DNA of 64,000 nucleotides from Podarcis gaigeae (Eukaryota): NCBI GenBank assembly GCA_964106915.2, contig OZ066928.1; one strand, 5' to 3'. Shown piece by piece: positions 61,567 to 64,000 of this stretch (position 1 is its first letter; each line of letters starts with the position of its first letter). The notes under the pieces were generated by a model. It saw only the letters and a program-made list of their open reading frames with translations, ran no database searches and was not told where the DNA came from. The position numbers and the translations under genes were made by a program.

Positions 61567-61572
61567 AATAAA
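61567..61572 (+). terminator. Candidate distal poly(A) signal of ANGPTL2 (other AATAAA at 60470-60475 and 61174-61179)
   Basis: AATAAA preceded by several TGTA elements and followed by T-rich sequence. Which site is actually used is an inference. Confidence 0.5.
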
Positions 61573-61742
61573 AGCAACAAATGCTATTTTGATGTACTTA
61601 GATTTCATTCTTATATTATCATTATTTATTTACGAAACACCTTAGAAACAGGCTGATCAAATGTGGTTTCTTGAAGGATCTGAATATAACAAACAGAGAA
61701 CAAGAGTTGAATGGCAGATGATCTGACGTTCCCATAACTGTA

Positions 61743-61783
<41 letters not shown>
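61743..61783. repeat. (AAT)n microsatellite
   Basis: Seen directly. Confidence 0.9.
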
Positions 61784-61785
<2 letters not shown>

Positions 61786-63339
61786 TGTTTGTGGGAGGAA
61801 GGCTGTTGGTTGTTTTTTGTTTTGCTTTTGTTATGTATTTTGTGTTCTCATTTTGCACTTTTATGCTATGAAGTACCCTTTCATCTTTGGATGAAGGGCA
61901 GTATACAAACAACAACAACTGGGAGTTGCAAAGTGGAAGGGACAAAGGTAAAAAAGAGGGATGGTAATAATAGGTTTAGCACTGGTATCTCTGTGTATTC
62001 TGAGGAGTAGCATTTAGAAACAGGAAATGTTACTGATATAGATGAAGATGGCCATGGAGAAATTTGAAAGGGTGAAAAACAAGTGAAGAAACAGAAAGCT
62101 AATGAAGAGAATGGCACACGGGAGTCAATTGATCTGAACAACGAGTAGAAAATATCAAACAACTGATAGCAGTAGAGAGACTTAAAGAGCAGAAGCAAGA
62201 AAGCCATCAAAGAATAAAATTCTATATTCACGATGCTGCAAAGAAGCAAACATTTTGGTAGAATCTGACCTGATGACTTTCAAGGGGCATGGGCCTTGTA
62301 GGAACCTGGGGAGCATTACAACAATCAAGAACACGATAGAGTTATTAATCAATTAATTAAATTTATATAACTCCATTCATCCAAGGTTCACAGCAAAGTT
62401 TACAGTATAAAGTTATATCGAAAGTGCTAGAGTTAAGTTTGTGTCTGTCCATCAGGAACTGAGTATAGCACAAGGATGAGCAGAAGAAGATATGAAAGGG
62501 AGAAAAGACATACCTTGGCATTATTTTGGTAGAAGTACCAAAACAAAACAAGATACCTACAAATACCAATTCTTTCTAGTGTTCTTCATGCTGCTCATGA
62601 TCTTTTTCATCTCCCCAATATCTGCAGTGCTTGTGGGAATAAGCACACCCAAGCAAAAATATGCAAACACAAAGGGATTCAGACTCATCTACACCAATTT
62701 TTATCCATACATAGAATATACACTGCAAAACATACTACAGGTATAGGCTCAATATATGTGCATAGCAGAGAATTAATTGTATAGTATTATATAATCAGTT
62801 TGAACACAGCAGAAGCACTAAAATTCTTCTGAAGATTAAACCCATAGGCACATGTGAAACTATAGGCAACAAAGCATTCTGGGAAAATCACAATTAGAGG
62901 CAATACCTTGTAGGGCGCGTGTATTTAATGGAATATTTTACCACTGATTTTATTGGAGGGTGTTGGACAACAAGCTCTAATTGCCCATTAGTTTGGGGCA
63001 TATTGTCCTTCTGCGGTTTGAATCAAGTTCACCTCCTGCTAACATCTCTGAGTCCCCTGTTATATGCTTGTTATCTACTACTCAAGACAAAGAACCATCT
63101 GTCCAAGTTGCTGAAAGAATCAAAGCAACTGCTACAGAATCCTGTCTTGTGGAAAGAGGCTTGAGCCAACAGGCAGCTATCTGAAATCCCCTTTCTTTTT
63201 GTCCCCCCTTTTAAAACCATATAATCTTGACTTGCCCCTTCCCTTATATTAGCCAAAGTCCCGTTTTTCACCTCTGCTCCAAGTGCAATTTGGGTTGTAA
63301 GGGGCTGTCTTTATTTAATTGATTACAAATGTGTAAGCT

Positions 63340-63726
63340 GAACCATGACACAAAGAAACATGAACAGCTTAAGAACAGCACAACATGCAATGGAATGAGC
63401 AATTAAAAGACAGGGAAACTAATAATTGGATATGACAGAGAATAAACGTTAGAAGGAAAGGTCGCAAAGTTGAAATGTACATACGCAGGGCTTCTGGCAA
63501 GAGACAACTCGGGTCGGTGGAATAAAGCAGTGCTAGTGTCGAGCCCCTACAATTTTAAAAGACTAAAGAGACAATCACCTATGTGGTGGGTGGATGACCT
63601 AGAACTAACAGTAGGGCTTATGATGTGAATGCAGCAAACAAACAACAGAGAATGCTGGAAAGAACTTGAAGTGGCATATATTCAAAGATGGGTGTGAGAT
63701 GCTGTAAAATAAAATAAAAGAAGAAG
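63340..63726 (+). mobile_element. RTE-clade (RTE-1-like) LINE 3' end, decayed
   Basis: Translates QLRTAQHAME*..QLKDRETNNWI*Q..KVAKLKCTYAGLLARDNSGRWNKAVL...WWVDDL...WKELEVAYIQRWV* (stop 63695-63697), matching the RTE pattern AQRAMER / KLKWxWAGHxAR / GRW / RWxDD; short A-rich tail. Confidence 0.8.
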
Positions 63727-63818
63727 CTGTCTGCAAGAGGGGGTTGCAGCTCCATTATATTATTGGTGAAAAGGATGGGGACCAGATGTGTTGCAGATAT
63801 CAGTACGACATTACAGAT

Positions 63819-64000
63819 TTTTATGTACTAAGCTTGGATACTAGAACAATAGGCAGGTAGGATCCTAGAATGCAACAATTGATTGGCTTGCAGGAAAAGG
63901 CAATCAGGCTCCAGGAGGAAGTTAATCAGCCTATTAGGCTGGTAGGATCGTAGAATGCAACAACTGATTAGCCTGCAGGAGCAGACCAATCAGGCTCCAG
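63819..64000 (+). mobile_element. Probable LTR 5' part with an 85-bp tandem unit and CCAAT boxes; truncated by the window edge
   Basis: GGTAGGATC.TAGAATGCAACAA.TGATT.GC.TGCAGGA...CAATCAGGCTCCAG at 63856 and 63941; the start T(T)TTATGTAC resembles a TGTTATGTA LTR terminus. Confidence 0.5.

Noticed and set aside
61829-62320. Purine-rich, possibly LTR-like segment (TGTTATGTA...AATAAA...CATTACA)
   Set aside because: No TSD or reliable termini, and too decayed to call.
63856-64000. Spaced direct repeats superficially like a CRISPR array
   Set aside because: Vertebrate DNA, only two 85-bp units, no unique spacers and no cas genes; better explained as LTR enhancer repeats.

Overview
Eukaryotic genomic DNA from a squamate reptile, most likely a lacertid lizard (inferred from Sauria SINEs and CR1/L2/hAT/Tc1 repeats). 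The window lies inside RALGPS1 on the minus strand: two coding exons of its CDC25/RasGEF domain sit at 5571-5708 and 3406-3499, and the sequence to the right of 5708 appears to be one very large RALGPS1 intron. Nested antisense in that intron is the complete ANGPTL2 gene on the plus strand: a putative promoter and non-coding exon 1 at about 32250-32886, four coding exons (43502-44300, 57055-57248, 58613-58883, 59916-60115; 487 aa) and candidate poly(A) signals up to 61572. The rest is intronic DNA rich in transposon relics. The most notable observations are: (i) two diverged solo-LTR-like elements that both carry a decayed ORF with an acidic/Trp region followed by LSPRT[R]R...[RR]xLR[L/V], a possible LTR-encoded accessory protein; (ii) a young 1.28-kb non-autonomous hAT element with a perfect 8-bp TSD carrying a CpG-island/promoter-like cargo; (iii) an internally deleted DUF4817-type Tc1/mariner and an RTE-1-like LINE end, both resembling invertebrate-type elements; (iv) an AUG-UAA start-stop uORF in the ANGPTL2 leader. 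There are no prokaryotic features or CRISPR arrays. All identifications come from reading the sequence and recalling family motifs; no database search was run.
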